DNA of 64,000 bases from positions 7,380,001-7,444,000 of the forward strand of contig NC_045696.1 of NCBI RefSeq assembly GCF_009834535.1, in the 5' to 3' direction. Numbering within the stretch: position 1 is the first letter of the stretch; every line of letters begins with the position of its first letter. Origin of the DNA: Camelus ferus. Lineage: Eukaryota. Below the pieces are notes generated by a model that saw only the letters and a program-made list of their open reading frames with translations, did not search any database and had not been told where the DNA came from. Of the stretch, positions 13,253-27,064 are shown one piece after another. The position numbers were made by a program, and so were the translations under genes.

Positions 13253-15942
13253 ACAACCCAGCATACCACCTAAAAGGATTAGAGAAAGAAGAACAAACAA
13301 AACCTGAAGTCAACAGAAAGAAAGAAATAATAAAGATCAGGGGTGAAATAAATAAAATAGAGATTAAAAAAACAGGAAAAAACTCAATAAACCCAAGAGC
13401 TGTTTTTTTGAAAGAGTAAAAAAAAAAATCAAGAAACCTCCAGTTAGGCTCACCAAGAAGAAAAGAGAAAGGACCCAAATAAACAAATAAGGTATGAAAA
13501 GAGGAGAAATTACAACTGATACCACAGAAATACAAAAAAAATAAGCAAATATTATGAACAATTATATGCAAACAAATTGGACAACCTAGAAGAAAGGGAC
13601 ATGTTTCTAGAAACATATAGCCCATCAAAACTGAATCAAGAAGAAATAGATAATATGAATAGACTAATTACAAGAAGTAAAATAGAATCTGTAATTTAAA
13701 AAACTCTCTGCCAACAAAAGTTCAGGACTGGACGGACTTCACTGGGGAATTCTATGAAACATACAAAGAACTTACATGGATCCTTCTCAAACTCTTCCAA
13801 AAGACTGATGAGGAGGGAACACTCCCAAATTCATTCTATGAAGCCCCATTACCCTGATACCAAAACCAGACAAAGACACTACAAACAAAGAAAATTACAG
13901 GCCAATATATTTGGTGAATATAGATGCAAAAATTCACAAGAAAATGTTAGCAAACTGAATCCAACAACACACTAAAAACATCATACACTGATCAAGTCAG
14001 ATTCCTCCCAGGGTCACAAGGTTGGTTCAACAAATGCAAATCAATCAATGCAATACATCACATCAATAAAGAAAGGACAAAAACCACATGATCATCTCAA
14101 TAGATGCAGAAAAATCATTTGATAAACTCAACATCCATTCATGATAAAAACTCTTACCAAAGTGGTTGTAAGAGAGAACATATCTCAACATAATAAAAGT
14201 CATTTATGACAAACCCACAGCCAACATAATACTCAATGGTGAAAACTTGAAAGCCTTTCTGCTAAAATCTGGAACAAGACAAGGATGCCCACTCTTACCA
14301 CTTCTATTCAACATAGTATTGGCAGTCCTAGCCATAGCAATCAGATAAGAAAAAGAAATAAAAGGGATCCAAATTGGAAAGAAGGTAAATTGTCACTATA
14401 TGCAGATAACATGATACAATATATAGAAAACCCTCAAGACTCAACACAAAAACTATAAGAGCTGATAAACAAATCCAGCAAGGTAGCAGGTAACAACATC
14501 AACATACAGAAATCTGTTGCATATCTTTACACTAACAATTAAATATCAGCAAAGGAATGTTAAAAAAAATTCCTTTTGAAATCACATTAAAAAAATACTT
14601 AGGAATAAACTTGACCAAGGAGAAGAAAGACATTGAGAACCATAAAACACTGATAAAGGATATTAAAGATAATTTAAAGATAGCCCATGCTCTTGGATTG
14701 GAAGAATTAATGTTGTTAAAATGGCCATACTACACGAAGCAATCCACAGATTTAATGTAACCCCTATCAAATTAACCAGGACATTTTTCACAGAACTAGA
14801 ACAAATAATCCTAAAATTTATATGAAACCACAAAAGACCCAGAATTGCCAACGCAATACTGAAGAAAAAAGAATGAAGCTGGAGGCGTAACCCTAATTAA
14901 ACTGATAAGCTTTTGCACAACAAAAGAAACCATAAAGAAAACAAAAAGACAATATATGTACTGGGAGAAAACATTTGCAAACAATGTGACTGACAAGAGC
15001 TTAACTTCCAGAATATACAAAGAGCTCACACAACTCAGTAACAAAAAAACAAGCAACCCAATCAAAAAATGGGCAGCAGACTAAAACAGACATTTTCCAA
15101 TGAAGACATACAGATGACCAATAGGCACGTGAAAAGATGCTCAATATTGCTGATTATTTGAGAAAAGCAAATCAAAAACTACAAAGAGGTATCACTTCAC
15201 ACCAGTCAGAATGGCCATCATCAAAAAGTCTACAAACACTAAATGCTGGTGAGGGTGTTGAGAAAAGGGAACCCTCCTACACTGTTGGTGGGGATGAGAA
15301 GTTGTGCAGCCACTATAGAAAACACTATGGAGGTTCCTTAAAAATAGAGTTGCATATGATCCAGCAACCCCATTCCTGAGCATATATCCAGAGAAAACTG
15401 TCATTTGAAAATATACGTGCACCCCAATGTTCATAGCAGCACTGTTTACAATGGCCAAGATATGGAAGCAACCTAACTGTCCATTGACACATGAATGGGT
15501 GAAGAAGATGTGGTGTATATATACAATGGAATACTTCTCAGGTATGAAAAAGAATGAAATATTGCCATTTGCAGCAACATGGATGGACCTAGAGATTATC
15601 ATACTAAGTGAAGTAAGTTAGAGAAAGTTAAATACCACATAATATCAGTTATATGTGGAATCTAAAAAAATGGCACAAATGAAGTTATTTATAAAACAGA
15701 AACAGATTCATAGACATAGAAAACAAACTTATGGTTACCAAAGGAGAAAGACTTGGGGGGTGGGATAAATTGGGAGTTTGGGATTAGCAGGTATAAATTC
15801 TTACATAAAAGTAGATAAACAACAAGGTCCTACTGTAGAGCACAGGGAACTATAGTCAATTGCTTGTAATAGCCTACAATGAAAAAGAATGTTATGATAA
15901 TAACATAAAATGAAAATATATATGAAAATATAACTGAATCAC
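13253..15942 (+). mobile_element. Younger 5'-truncated LINE-1 nested in the older L1
   Basis: RT region (ggaacaagacaaggatgcccactc), ORF2 C-terminus ([19 protein letters not shown]), 18-bp TSD at 13235-13252 and 15943-15960. Confidence 0.92.
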
Positions 15943-16391
15943 TAAAAAATACTACTGGAATTAAAATATTTATCAAGGTTGCAGGATACAAGGTCGGTAT
16001 ACAAAAATTATATTTCTCTGTGCCAGCAATACACTAGTTTTTTTAGATAATGAAGTTTTAAAATAGCATTTCCCGTAGCATCAAAATACATAGAATACTT
16101 AGGATACATTTAATGAAAGATATGAAAGACCAGACTGAAAACGAAACATTGATGAGAGAAATTAAAAATGATCCAAATTAATGGAGAGATATATCCTATT
16201 TAGGAATTGGAAGAATCAACATTGTTCAGGTATTTATTCTTCCAAAATTGATCCACAGATTCAATGCAATCTGAAAACCCCCAGCAGGCTTTATGTAGAG
16301 AGTGACGATCTACTTCTAAATTGTATTTGGAAATGCAAAAAACCTAGAAGAGCCGAAGTTATTCTGAAAAAGGAAAAATGCTGATGCTGGA

Positions 16392-16752
16392 CTGTATTCA
16401 TTTGCAAGGGCTGCCACAGCAAAATGTCACATGCTGGCTGACTTACACAAGAATTCATTCTCTCACAGTTCTGGGAGCTGGAAGTCCCAGGTCCCAGATC
16501 AAGGTGTCTGTAGGTTTGGGTTCTCCTGAGGTCTCCCCGTCTCGTTGGCTTGCAAACAGCTGCCTTCTCACTGTGCCCTCATGGGATCTCTGGTGTCGCT
16601 TCCTTTTCTTATGAGGACACCACCTTATTGGATTAGGGTTCTGCCCTTATGGTCTCATTTAACCTTAATTACCTATTTAAAGGCTCTACTTTGAAGTATA
16701 ATCACATGGGGGTTAAGGCCTCGGAATGTGGGGTGACACAAATCAGGCTATA
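16392..16752. mobile_element. MaLR solo LTR (MLT1-type)
   Basis: tgtattcatttgcaagggctgcc start; ctcacagttctgg, ttggattaggg, catttaaccttaattacc motifs. Confidence 0.8.
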
Positions 16753-19700
16753 ATGTGGCATCTCACCCCTAAAGAAGAAGATTTACTTGGTCTGGGGATC
16801 CTGGTCATAGGATGCTTCCAGGGACTCTCGTTGAGTAGAACATGGTTAAGAACTACTGAGGTTTCCACCTGTGGATGAGCTGAGTCCACAGGCTCTCCTG
16901 GGCCCTGCAAACTCCGACTGAGTGATGGCTTCAACCGGACACCCTGAAGGATACTCTGAAACAAGTCTGGGACAGGAAAGGGTTCTGTTTCAGACACTTT
17001 CCCCACCTTGCACGGTCCTGGGATCAGCTGTGTAATATACTAATGGCTCCGAGCGATGCTCACTAAATGAAGCCATTAGCCAGGCATTAAATTCACATCT
17101 GCTCCTCTCCAAGATTCTGACTCTTTCCACTAGACCCTGGTGATCCTCAGGCTGTGAGGAAACAAGGCGGGAAAAGGGGAGGGAGCAGTTCTGTATTATT
17201 TAGCCCCAAAGTCTAGATGTTAGCGGGGTTTCCTCATGTTACGTTCCTGTGTTTGGACGCTGCCGTCCCGGGGATTGCACCAGCCGAGCGATGGTGAGCC
17301 AGCACCATGTCAGAGGGTTTGACAGCCAGAACCTTGGAGCCTACAGCCAATCTAACACATACGTGAGATTTAAAAATAACCCAGTCAATTTCTCCTCTCA
17401 TGGCTTCCTTAGGATTGTAGAGACTATTTTTAGAATTGGTGTGGTGACAACTGGCAGGAGGCACAGGAGTTTCCAGCTTTTGCATTTATCACCTTTATCG
17501 GGGCTCAGGCTCTGCAGGGCTGTGGTCCTGCCCCCAGTATATTTCACATCACAGGGCAGTGGTTCCCAGGCCCTCCCTCCTGCCCCTCCCCGATCCTGTC
17601 CCGCAGCCTGTGGCTCCTGAGCCTGGCTCTGCCCCCTCAGACCCGCAAACTCATGGTGGCTCCCGTTCTGACAGCCTAAGGAGGAAGGGCAAGGCTTGCT
17701 GAGAATGCACGAGAAAGTCGGGCAGGGCAAGCCACCGAGCCCCAGGGCCAGCCCGCCGGGCCCCAGCCTTGCCCCTCCCGGCTCACGGTGGACATGGGAT
17801 TGCCATATTAGGGGCTCTGTGGGCTCCCCGTTCGCGGGGCCTGGCCCCCAGGCTGGCAGAGCCTCAGGGCTCCGGTTCAGAGCAGCAGACAAGCTGCAGA
17901 TTCCATTCTGCACAGTCATTTTCCTCTCCTCTCCTCCCTGCCCTATGGGGCCCTTTCCTGCAAACGGAGGCCCCCGCCAGCTGCCCTGTCAAGGAGCCCA
18001 AGGCTCGAATATCCTGGCCCCGCCTCTGGGGCGGCCCAGCCAGGCGGCCCTGACATGCAGGAGCGTCCGGGGACAGGAAAAGCCAGCCCCTTTCAGAGTG
18101 TGGCATGGGAGGAAGGGCATTAGGATATAAGAGGGTTTGATATCAGAACTTAAATCTAAAATCTTTTGACCATTCGAGAAAAAAAATCACAGAAATATAT
18201 AGGAAACTAGTCTCTTGTCTTTGAAGTGAGAACAGAAACTCACTTCATTTATTCATTGTGTTTCTGCGATCACTTCTCACTATCTTCTAAGCAGAAGCCC
18301 CTGTCAGGGCTGCGGGGAAGACCGAGGTGCCTGAGGTGTGGGCAGAACTTCTGGGACCTCTGAGTCACACAAGATTAAGTTGAATCCTTTTATTTTGCCC
18401 TGCCCTGTCAAAACCCAAATTTCCTCCAATAATAAATAAACTAGCCAGTTCCACGGGGTTTCTGTTCCTATATCAGCCTTTGCTCCAGGTTTCAGCTGCT
18501 TTGTTCCACACCTCACTGACTCATGACTCTCCTCCTCAATCTGTTCCTCCCACAAAACCATGACTCACACAGATTTGTACCTGCAACAGGTTTCATTAAG
18601 AAGCAGGAGGGCCGAGGAGGCATCTGTAGTACGGAAATGCAGACAACTTCAAATGGTGTGTAGGACATCCTGTTATTTAAATGCTCTCCAGGATTTTCAG
18701 GTCTGGTCAGAACCGAAGAACAGTTCAGGGACTTACTCCCTTCCAATAAAATATAAAATGGACAAATATGAAGCAACTGCTTTCGGACTTTGGGCAAAAA
18801 CCATTATAGGACTATGATGGTCCCCAAGGAAAGTGAAACATGATGTGCGTGGACATTCACCGTGGCTTTCTGCTTGGGGACACTTTCCATCCGGTGGCAC
18901 AGGGAAGGGACCCGACAGCGGCCTGGCTCTCATGGGGCACAGGTAAAAGAGGTGGGAGGTCAGGGCTGCCGAGGAGGCTGGAATCCGCAGGGCAGGCTAC
19001 AAACGAGGGCACAGACTGCACAGAGGGGCCCCAGGAATTGACACGGAAGTTCCCTGGAGCCTGAGCCAAACACGAAGCTGTGTGTGTGGGACAGGCCTCC
19101 ATGGGGCCTGGCAAAGAAGTGCTCCCGGGGGGGCTGTGAGATGGAGATTGGAAATCATACACGATGCTGGAGGCCCCTGGAGTCCCGCCCAGCTGGAGCG
19201 GAGAGACCTTGCCTAAAGTCCTGGTCGTTAGTTGTGACCTGAGAAAGGACAGCCCTCATTAGTGGGGCTCCTCCAGCACCAGGGCAAGGGTGCTCTAAAC
19301 CTCCCCCGACTAAGATTACTAACAAGGCTGGGAAGTTAAGAGCGCTCAGCAAATTAACCGCCTTTCAGAATAAAACTGCACATTCTTTAAGGGAAGACAA
19401 CCAAATACAGACTGTCGGCAATGGAGCAGCCACAGTATCCAGTATATAATCCAAGGGAGCGAGGGTTTAGTGGGTACAGTTTCAGATTGAGAGGATGGAA
19501 AAACTGGCTGTGAGTCTGTCTATTGAGCAGCTACTATGGGCAAGCACACTCACTTAATCCTCGCGGTAAGAACGTGGAAATTGAAGCTCCAAGAGGTTAA
19601 ATAAGTTGCCAAAGCCACACCACTGAGATGCAGGCAGTGTGGCGGGATGAGAGGGGAGCTTCGGGTGTCTGCCCGCGGTGGGAGCACTGGGAGGGCGCTG

Positions 19701-20179
19701 GGTGCTGCAGGCCAGGGGCTGGGTGGGGCAGGTCCAGGTGCGGGACATGAAGTGAGAATGACACTGATGACCTCGGGTGGAGGGTGGCAGTGAGTGATGG
19801 GGCTCTGGCCCAAGATATGTGGGCCCACCAGTGTCCCCATAGCCCTGGAGGGCAGACCCAGTGAAGCTGGGTCTCTGGGGCCTGACTGGGCCCAGAATTC
19901 CAAGTGACTAGAGGGAGGTGGGAGTGGGGCCGGGTGTGGAGGGTGGAAGCAAAGGCTGTTAGGAGGCTGATGGAATACTGCTGATTGTATCAGAAATGCC
20001 CCCTGCTCGGCCTGTGGCCAGTCCCCTGTGACCTGAGCCCATGTGTAGAACTAACATTTAACAAGGGGTCACCCTCATGCCGTGAACTGCCTCCACATCG
20101 GCTGGTCTCAGGCCCAAGCCCCAACCCCTCATCTGGGTGTCCTGTCCCTGCAGGACAGTCCCACCTCTGCACAGTCCCC

Positions 20180-20590
20180 CAGAGCAATGGGTGACCTTGG
20201 CCTCCTGCTCTCCTTAAACACCAGCAGGGCCCTCCTTGGCAGGCTCTGTTCCTGCTGTCCGTCTGCCGGGACTCCCACCCTCCTCCCCTTCCTCCACAGC
20301 TCCGCTTCATCTCCTCCAGGGCTGCACTCAAATTTACCCCGGCCTCTGCCTGAAAACGTGACTCCTCTCCCATACACACTGCCTCATCCCCATCCAGCCA
20401 CATCTTTCTCCAGGTTATCAGACATACCAGGTATCTACTTCCACAGCTGATGCTGGGCTCCCCACTGGAACGTCGAGGACCTAAGGACAGGCCCCTCCTC
20501 TCTTCCGTCCCCTGTTCTAACTCCGGCATCAAGAACATTGCCCGCACTTGCTAGACAGGACAGAGAGGTTTGACGCGTGAATGGATGGAC
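20180..20590 (+). mobile_element. L2 3' fragment
   Basis: Pyrimidine-rich L2-like text ending gtgaatggatgga. Confidence 0.5.
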
Positions 20591-21659
20591 AGCCCATCAA
20601 AATGTCAGGGCCACACGGCTCACTCCCAGGGAGTACCGCCAGGATGCGCGGGGGCTCCCTGGGAGAAGGGAAGGGGTGACGAGGCCCCTGACCCCAGGAG
20701 AGGTCCACAGTGGGGACGAGGAGGAGACAGGCTCAGCAGTCTCATACAGGCCCAGGAAACAGGGTTCAGCGGCCACGTCTCTCACAGGGAAGGGTTGTAG
20801 CAAGTGTTATGCCTCAGCTTCCAAACGTCTGGCCAATTTAGAGGATGTGTGGTAGTTTTGAAACTGGAAGCAAAAGCACTGTGGCCCCCAGTGAGGCCCC
20901 AGTAAAAGCCGGAGTCCCACTGGCGCTGGGGCCGCACCAGTGTCTGGAAGCACAATGCCGGCCTGTTCAGTTGCTTGCTTTCTCCGGGGGCTGCTGGCTG
21001 GCCCACTGGCATGGCCTGGCACTTCAGGACACAGAGCTTGGAGCTGGTGGCAGGGAGATCTAAATTAAGACCTTTCTACCACACCAAATAAACAGAAGCT
21101 GAAATAGAGGGCTGAAGGAATTGGGCAAAATGCCTTTACACATAATTTTTGAAAAATGGAGGGAAAAGAGTTGGAAAACAGAATGGTATTCATTCGAATC
21201 CCACGGTATTTGCTGAAAACAATGACACCTCTGTTTGACACAAAAGCACATGTTAGAAAGAGCAAGCCTGTCTCTTTGAAGTGTCCTGCCCCAGATGCCT
21301 GGGTAATAAATACCAACTGCTCTGTGGAGAAGGCTCTCCTGCCAAGGCCAAGGGCTGGCCCAGTTTCAAGCCCCGGCCTCCCTCCAGGAGGTAAGATGAG
21401 TCAGCTGCTTCTGGCTTGGAGTCGCCCTCATGGGTGTTTCTTGTTTGGCAGCCCTGAAGCACACCTGCTTTGGACTTACCTGCACGTTCCCGAGGCAGGG
21501 CCTCAGCAGAGACAAGGGCGCCTTTCTTGGTTCTCCGCAGAGGAAGACCTCAGCGGGGCGGGCGTGATGGGTGAGCAGAGTTGCAGTGGGCTCCGGGCCT
21601 GCTCCTCCTACAGACAAGACTCCTGCCCTCACAGATTCTGAGCAGGAGAGGGGGTGGGG

Positions 21660-22030
21660 GGTTGGGCTTATATGTAGCGTTTGCTGATTTCTGTGGTATA
21701 AATACTCCCACCACAGCCAGTTTCAAGCCACGTATGTGACACCTATGTAATTTTATGTGACACCATTGAACAGAACTGGGAAGAGATACAGAGAATCCCA
21801 TTACACAGTATTTCCACCATACAGACACTATGCATCTGACCTGCAGAAGTATGGATGATAATAAACTGTAGTAATTGGGAAGTAATTGCCTTTTTTAAAA
21901 AATACAATTTATTTGTAAGCTTATATAATTCAATTTTTAATAGTAGTTGTGTTTAACAGCCAGCTCGAAAAAGTCCTGAAATTGAAACAACTGGCTCTTG
22001 TTACTGTGGCCAGTTTGATGCAGACTCCCA
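21660..22030. mobile_element. hAT DNA transposon relic (MER63-like)
   Basis: tttgctgatttctgtggtataaatactcccacc and gtgtttaacagccagctcgaaaaagtcctgaaa motifs. Confidence 0.65.
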
Positions 22031-22479
22031 CAACCCAGACCTCACCCGTGCCAAGGAGAATGGCCACACCGATTCTTGCAAAGGGCCGGGTCCTCCTTGC
22101 TAGCAGCAGGCAACGCCAGAATGACTGGCACTGCTTTCCTAGCAAAGTGTGGTCTTTGCCTTTTCCTCTGGATTCAGCAGCAATCGCAAGTCTGGCGTCA
22201 GGCTCACGTCTGTGTTCACTGCCCTACAGAGTGACTTCTCAACGAGCTGCTGGCTGGTTAAGGTCCTGCAGGAGCTCACAACCCAAGGAGGTTCTGTGGT
22301 GGGGTGTTCAGGTCAGCTCCCGGCCTCCGGGGGGAACGCAGAGTGACAGCTGTGAGGGCCGTGTGCACACACATGTGAACAGACATGGACCCGCCGCCCC
22401 ACGAGCTTTGCCAGGGACCACATAACCACTATGCTTCAGGGGCCCAGGTTTACTACCTTTTTCTTGCTTTTCACTTTTG

Positions 22480-24960
22480 AGGATTTAGTTTTATTGAAAA
22501 TAATAACTACAGGAAAGTGCACACATTTTAAATGTATAGCTCCATGAATTTTTCAAATGATTCAGGTAAGCACTACTCAGATAAAGATTACAATTAATCT
22601 ACGACAAAGAAGGCAAGAGTACACACTGGAGAAAAGGCAGTCTCTTCTGCAAGTGGTGCTGGGAGAACTGGATGGCTGCATGGAAATGAATGAAATCAGA
22701 ACAATCTCTAACACCATATAGAAAAATAAACTTAAAATAGATTAAATACCTAAATGTAAGACCGAATACTATAAAACTCCTGGAAGAAAACAGAAGCAGA
22801 ACACTCTCTGACATAAATTGCAGCAATGTATTTTTTTGGATCCATCTCTTAAAGCAAAGGAAATATAAGCAAAAATAAATAAGTAGTTAAGTGGGGCCTA
22901 ATTAAACCTAAAAACTTTTGCACAGCAAAGGAAACCGCTGACAAAACGAAAAGACAACCTACTGAATGGGAGAAAACATTTGCAAATGATAGGACAGAAA
23001 AAGGGATTAACATCCAACATATATAAACAGCTCATACAGCTCAACATCAAAAAAAAAATCACCTGATTAAAAAACAGGCGTAAGAACCAAAGACATTTTT
23101 CCAAAGAGCAAATGCAGATGGCCAACAGGTACATGAAAGATGCTCAACATCACTAATCATCAGGGAAATGCAAATCAAAGCCACAATGAGATATCACCTC
23201 ATTCCTGTCAGAATGGCTATTATCAAAAAGACCACAAATAACAAATGTTGACGAGGATCTGGAGGAAATGAAACCCTCCTACACTGTTGGCAGGAATGTA
23301 AATTGGTGCGGCCACTATGGAAAACAGAATGGAGGTTTCTCAAAAAACTAAAAATAGAACTAACATATGATCCACAATTGCACTCCTGGGTATATATCCA
23401 AAAGAAACCAAAAAGACTAATCTGAAAAGATACGTGCACCTCAATGTTCACGGCAGCATTATTTACAACTGCCAAGAAACGGAAGCAACCTAAGTGTCTA
23501 TCAGCAGACAAATGGACAAAGAAGATGGGATGTGATATATTCAAACACACACACATATACACACAATGGAATATTACTCAGTCATAAAAAAGAACAGAAC
23601 TTTGCCATTTGCAGCAACATGGACGCACCTGGAGGGCATTATGCTAAGTGAAATAAGTCAGACAAAGTCAAATACTATATGATATCACTTACATGTGGAA
23701 TCTAAAATATACTAGTGAATATAACAAAAAAAAAAAAGCAGACTCACAGATATAGAGAACAAACTAGTGGTTATCAGTGGGGAGAGGGGAGGGATGGGGA
23801 GTAAGAGGTACAAACTATTAGGCGTAAAATAAGCCACAAGGATGAACTGTACAACACAGGGAATATAGCCAGTATTTTTTAACAACTATAAATGGAGTAT
23901 AAACTTTAAACATTGTAAATCACTATACTGTATATTTGTAACTTATGTAATATCATACAGCAAACATACTTCAATTAAAAAAAAAGATTACATAACATTT
24001 CCAGTGGCCCTTCCCTGTCAGCACCATCACCTCAGAGGTAACAATTCAGACCTTTCCCACCAGCTTCCAGTTGATATTCACAGAAATGGAATTGTTTCGT
24101 TTGGCTGCTTTTGCTCAGTTTTACGTTGTTGAGAACCACCTGTGTAGTTTTTGAAGCCAAAGTTCCTTCATTTCATTACTGAGAACTATTCCATCATGTG
24201 CATAGGCCACGATCTGTCCGTTCTACTGTTGATGGATAGTTGGGTTGTTTCTAGTTTGAGGCTGTTATGAATGAAGTCAGTGCAAAATACTGCACACACT
24301 TCTGCTAAGTGTACGCCCAGGGGTGGGGCTGTGGCATGGAGTAGTACAGGATTAGCCAGCAGTCTGTTTTCTATTTTAGCCATTCTGGTGGGTGTCTGTA
24401 GTGTCACACCGATTTTGATTTCTATTTCACTGATGACAGACGCTGAACAGATTTGACTATCAAAATGCCTACTAAACATCTGGATGTTTGTGAAGAACTT
24501 ACTCAAATCTTTTGCTCATTTCTAAATACATCATCTTTTCTTACTGATATGTACCATTTCATTACATACTATGGAGCCTTTAAAAGTACTGCAAGTGTAT
24601 TCCACTTCATGGCTTAACTCGATAGTTTTTAATTGAAATATAGTTGATTACAATGTTTTGTTAGTTTCAAGTATACAACAGTGATTCAGTTATGTTATGT
24701 ATTTTTTCTCTTTTCCATTATAGGCTATTGTAAGATACAGAATTCTTAATTGTAATCTGTAAGATCTTTAGCTTTATGGTTAATGCTTTAGTGTTTTTTA
24801 TGTCCTAACAAACTTTTGCCTATACCAAGGCCAAGGAGATTATCTGTGCTTTCTGTGGAAGCTTTACTATTTTACTTTTCATGTTTAGGACCATGATCCA
24901 TTTGGAATCGATGTTTGTGTACGGTGCGAGGTCAAGGTTCATTTGTTTTCATATGTGTAT
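22480..24960 (-). mobile_element. Old antisense L1M relic interrupted by younger L1 pieces
   Basis: 3' end at about 22490 continues after 23992 (ctgttgatggatagttgggttgtttctagttt). Confidence 0.7.
22593..23982 (+). mobile_element. 5'-truncated LINE-1 (ORF2 end plus 3' UTR) with 10-bp TSD
   Basis: aaagattaca at 22583-22592 and 23983-23992; intact L1 3' end and A tail. Confidence 0.92.
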
Positions 24961-27064
24961 CCAAAATTACTATTCTTGATGTGGTTAAAACCATTTTTCT
25001 GATTATTCACGGTTGTCCCATTAGGATTTTGTAGTTTACTAGTGCTGCTGGATTTTTGCTGAATGTTTTCTTTCTTTTCTTTTCACCTCAGGGTAAATAG
25101 GGAGAGACAGTGTAAACTGGAGTAATGGTAACAGGAACAATCGTCACCCCAAACCATCGAGCTGGGGTCACACACTCCTTCACGAGGCAGGCCTTGCCCA
25201 TGCTCCAGTACAGACCCCCAAGTGTGCAAAGCACAGAGCTCTGATCCTAAACCCAAACTAAACAGAAAACCCACCTCAATTGCTCATCCAGGTAATGTTG
25301 GAAAGCCAAGGTGAACGTATTCTTTGCTACAGAATCACAATGTCACCGAAGTCAACTCAAGTGAGATTTCAGGAAGTTGCTGTTTTCAAAATGACTTTGA
25401 GGTGATTTAATTTCTTCTCGCTCCTTTCTCCACTTGATGACAGGCTGGGCTACACTGAGGAAACCTACTTCCTAATCTAACAAAGCTTCCTTGTGCAGGG
25501 CCCCCAAGCTCCCTCCCCGTGCAACGCCCAGGGGTACTGATCTCAGAACAACTGCAAGCCCCCCTTCACAAGCCCCCCTTGTGCGCCAGGCACTACTCAA
25601 AACACTTCATGCGAACTTTATTATTAATCCATGTAACTTCCTTGCCACTTCAAAGCCATTCCCACCACCTGAACTTACATTATAAACCTGTTTACTGCCT
25701 GTAACTGGAAGACAAGTTTCATAGAGCCCCTGTCTCTCTCTCACTGCTGTGTCAAGCCCAGGGTGGGTGCACAGTACACGCTTGCTTTCACTGGTGTCCA
25801 GGGCTGCCCATCCTTCTCAGCAAAGCACTGCAGGTACATGGGTACACAAAGGCGACGTGTCCTGAGCAGATCACGTCAAAATCAAGAGGAGAAAACAAAG
25901 AGATTAGATATGACCGATGATCCATTCTTACAATTATTATTTTAATGAAGTTTGATGATTAATATTTATTAATCAGGTTTGATTGAAGTTAAAAATCTGA
26001 AATGTATTTCCTGTTTCTTTCATGAGGGTCACAGTGGAGACGCTCTGCATTCTGACAAGGCTCCCATCCACTTCACAGTGTCTTTGCTTTTGCTCAGCTT
26101 CATCAGCAAGCACTTCATGTGTTGATAAAAGGAATTTCCACCCTTGCTATGGTCTCTTCTTCCTTTAATCCATTTCCCCAGGGAGGGTCATCTGGTTGGA
26201 AAACTACCTAAAGTAATTTCAGTGCTTCAGTTCTGTGGTGATCACTTTGCCCACCTGCTTCCACTATAGTCTTTGAAATTACCTTAAAAACGTAGTAACA
26301 TTTTGCATTGCTGGGGTACCGTTTCAACTTCATATTAGATTTTGCGTTATTTATAGCATAAACTTTTCCACAGAGAAAATACTCTCAACTTTTAGGGAAT
26401 AGTCATTATTTTAAGTTATACGTTATTTTAAATTAAATGCTATCAGATTAAAGACACAGATGGATAATACTGGCTTTTGTCAATCTCCTGGTGCTCAGCA
26501 TACCCAAAAGGTCCTCTGAAAGGAAACCCTCAGTAGTCCATGAATCCGCAAGAACCAAAAGGTCCTTAAAATCTGGTTCAGTCTAAAACATCTATGAGCA
26601 TATCTGATCCATGCCGAATGGCTCTGGACAGGACCAAATATCAAGGACACCTTGGTGTGGACCAGATGTCTGCTAACCATCCACAAGTTCTTAAAAAAAA
26701 AAAAAATCAATAATGAAGAATGCAATTTGGTTAACATTCTCACATGTGCTCACATGAAAAATCTCTTATTCTAGATTACAACAGTAAACTGTATCATCTC
26801 TGTATATACACTTTCCATTTGAAAATTTAAACAGCCAATCTTGCGAACTTGAGTTCAGCCCTCTATTAGGCACAAAGGATGTTTTGATCCAGGCTCTAAA
26901 ATGTCCTGAGATCCTCTGGTTAGACTCCTCAGATGTATCACGGTCCTTCTTTCCAAGTGAAGTCATTTTTTAAAATGTTAGCATCATGTATGTGTACTGA
27001 ATTTTCAAGGAGAACGAACTTTAAAACTACCTGACAAAGAATGAGTAAGCACAGCGGTGAACTG

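Larger units (their letters stand above)
11720..16380 (+). mobile_element. Older L1M ORF2 relic, split by a SINE and by a younger L1
   Basis: Decayed ORF2 text 11720-13250 resumes collinearly at 15960 (tcaaggttgcaggatacaagg). Confidence 0.8.

Noticed and set aside
1928..16384. ORFs with L1 ORF2 similarity as an active retrotransposon or gene
   Set aside because: All fragments are short and broken by stops, frameshifts and deletions; no intact ORF1 or ORF2
17234..22425. Many overlapping 60-185 aa ORFs on both strands
   Set aside because: Expected in GC-rich DNA; Pro/Gly/Arg-biased, no recognisable domain, no consistent exon chain, and several overlap L2, MIR or MER63 relics
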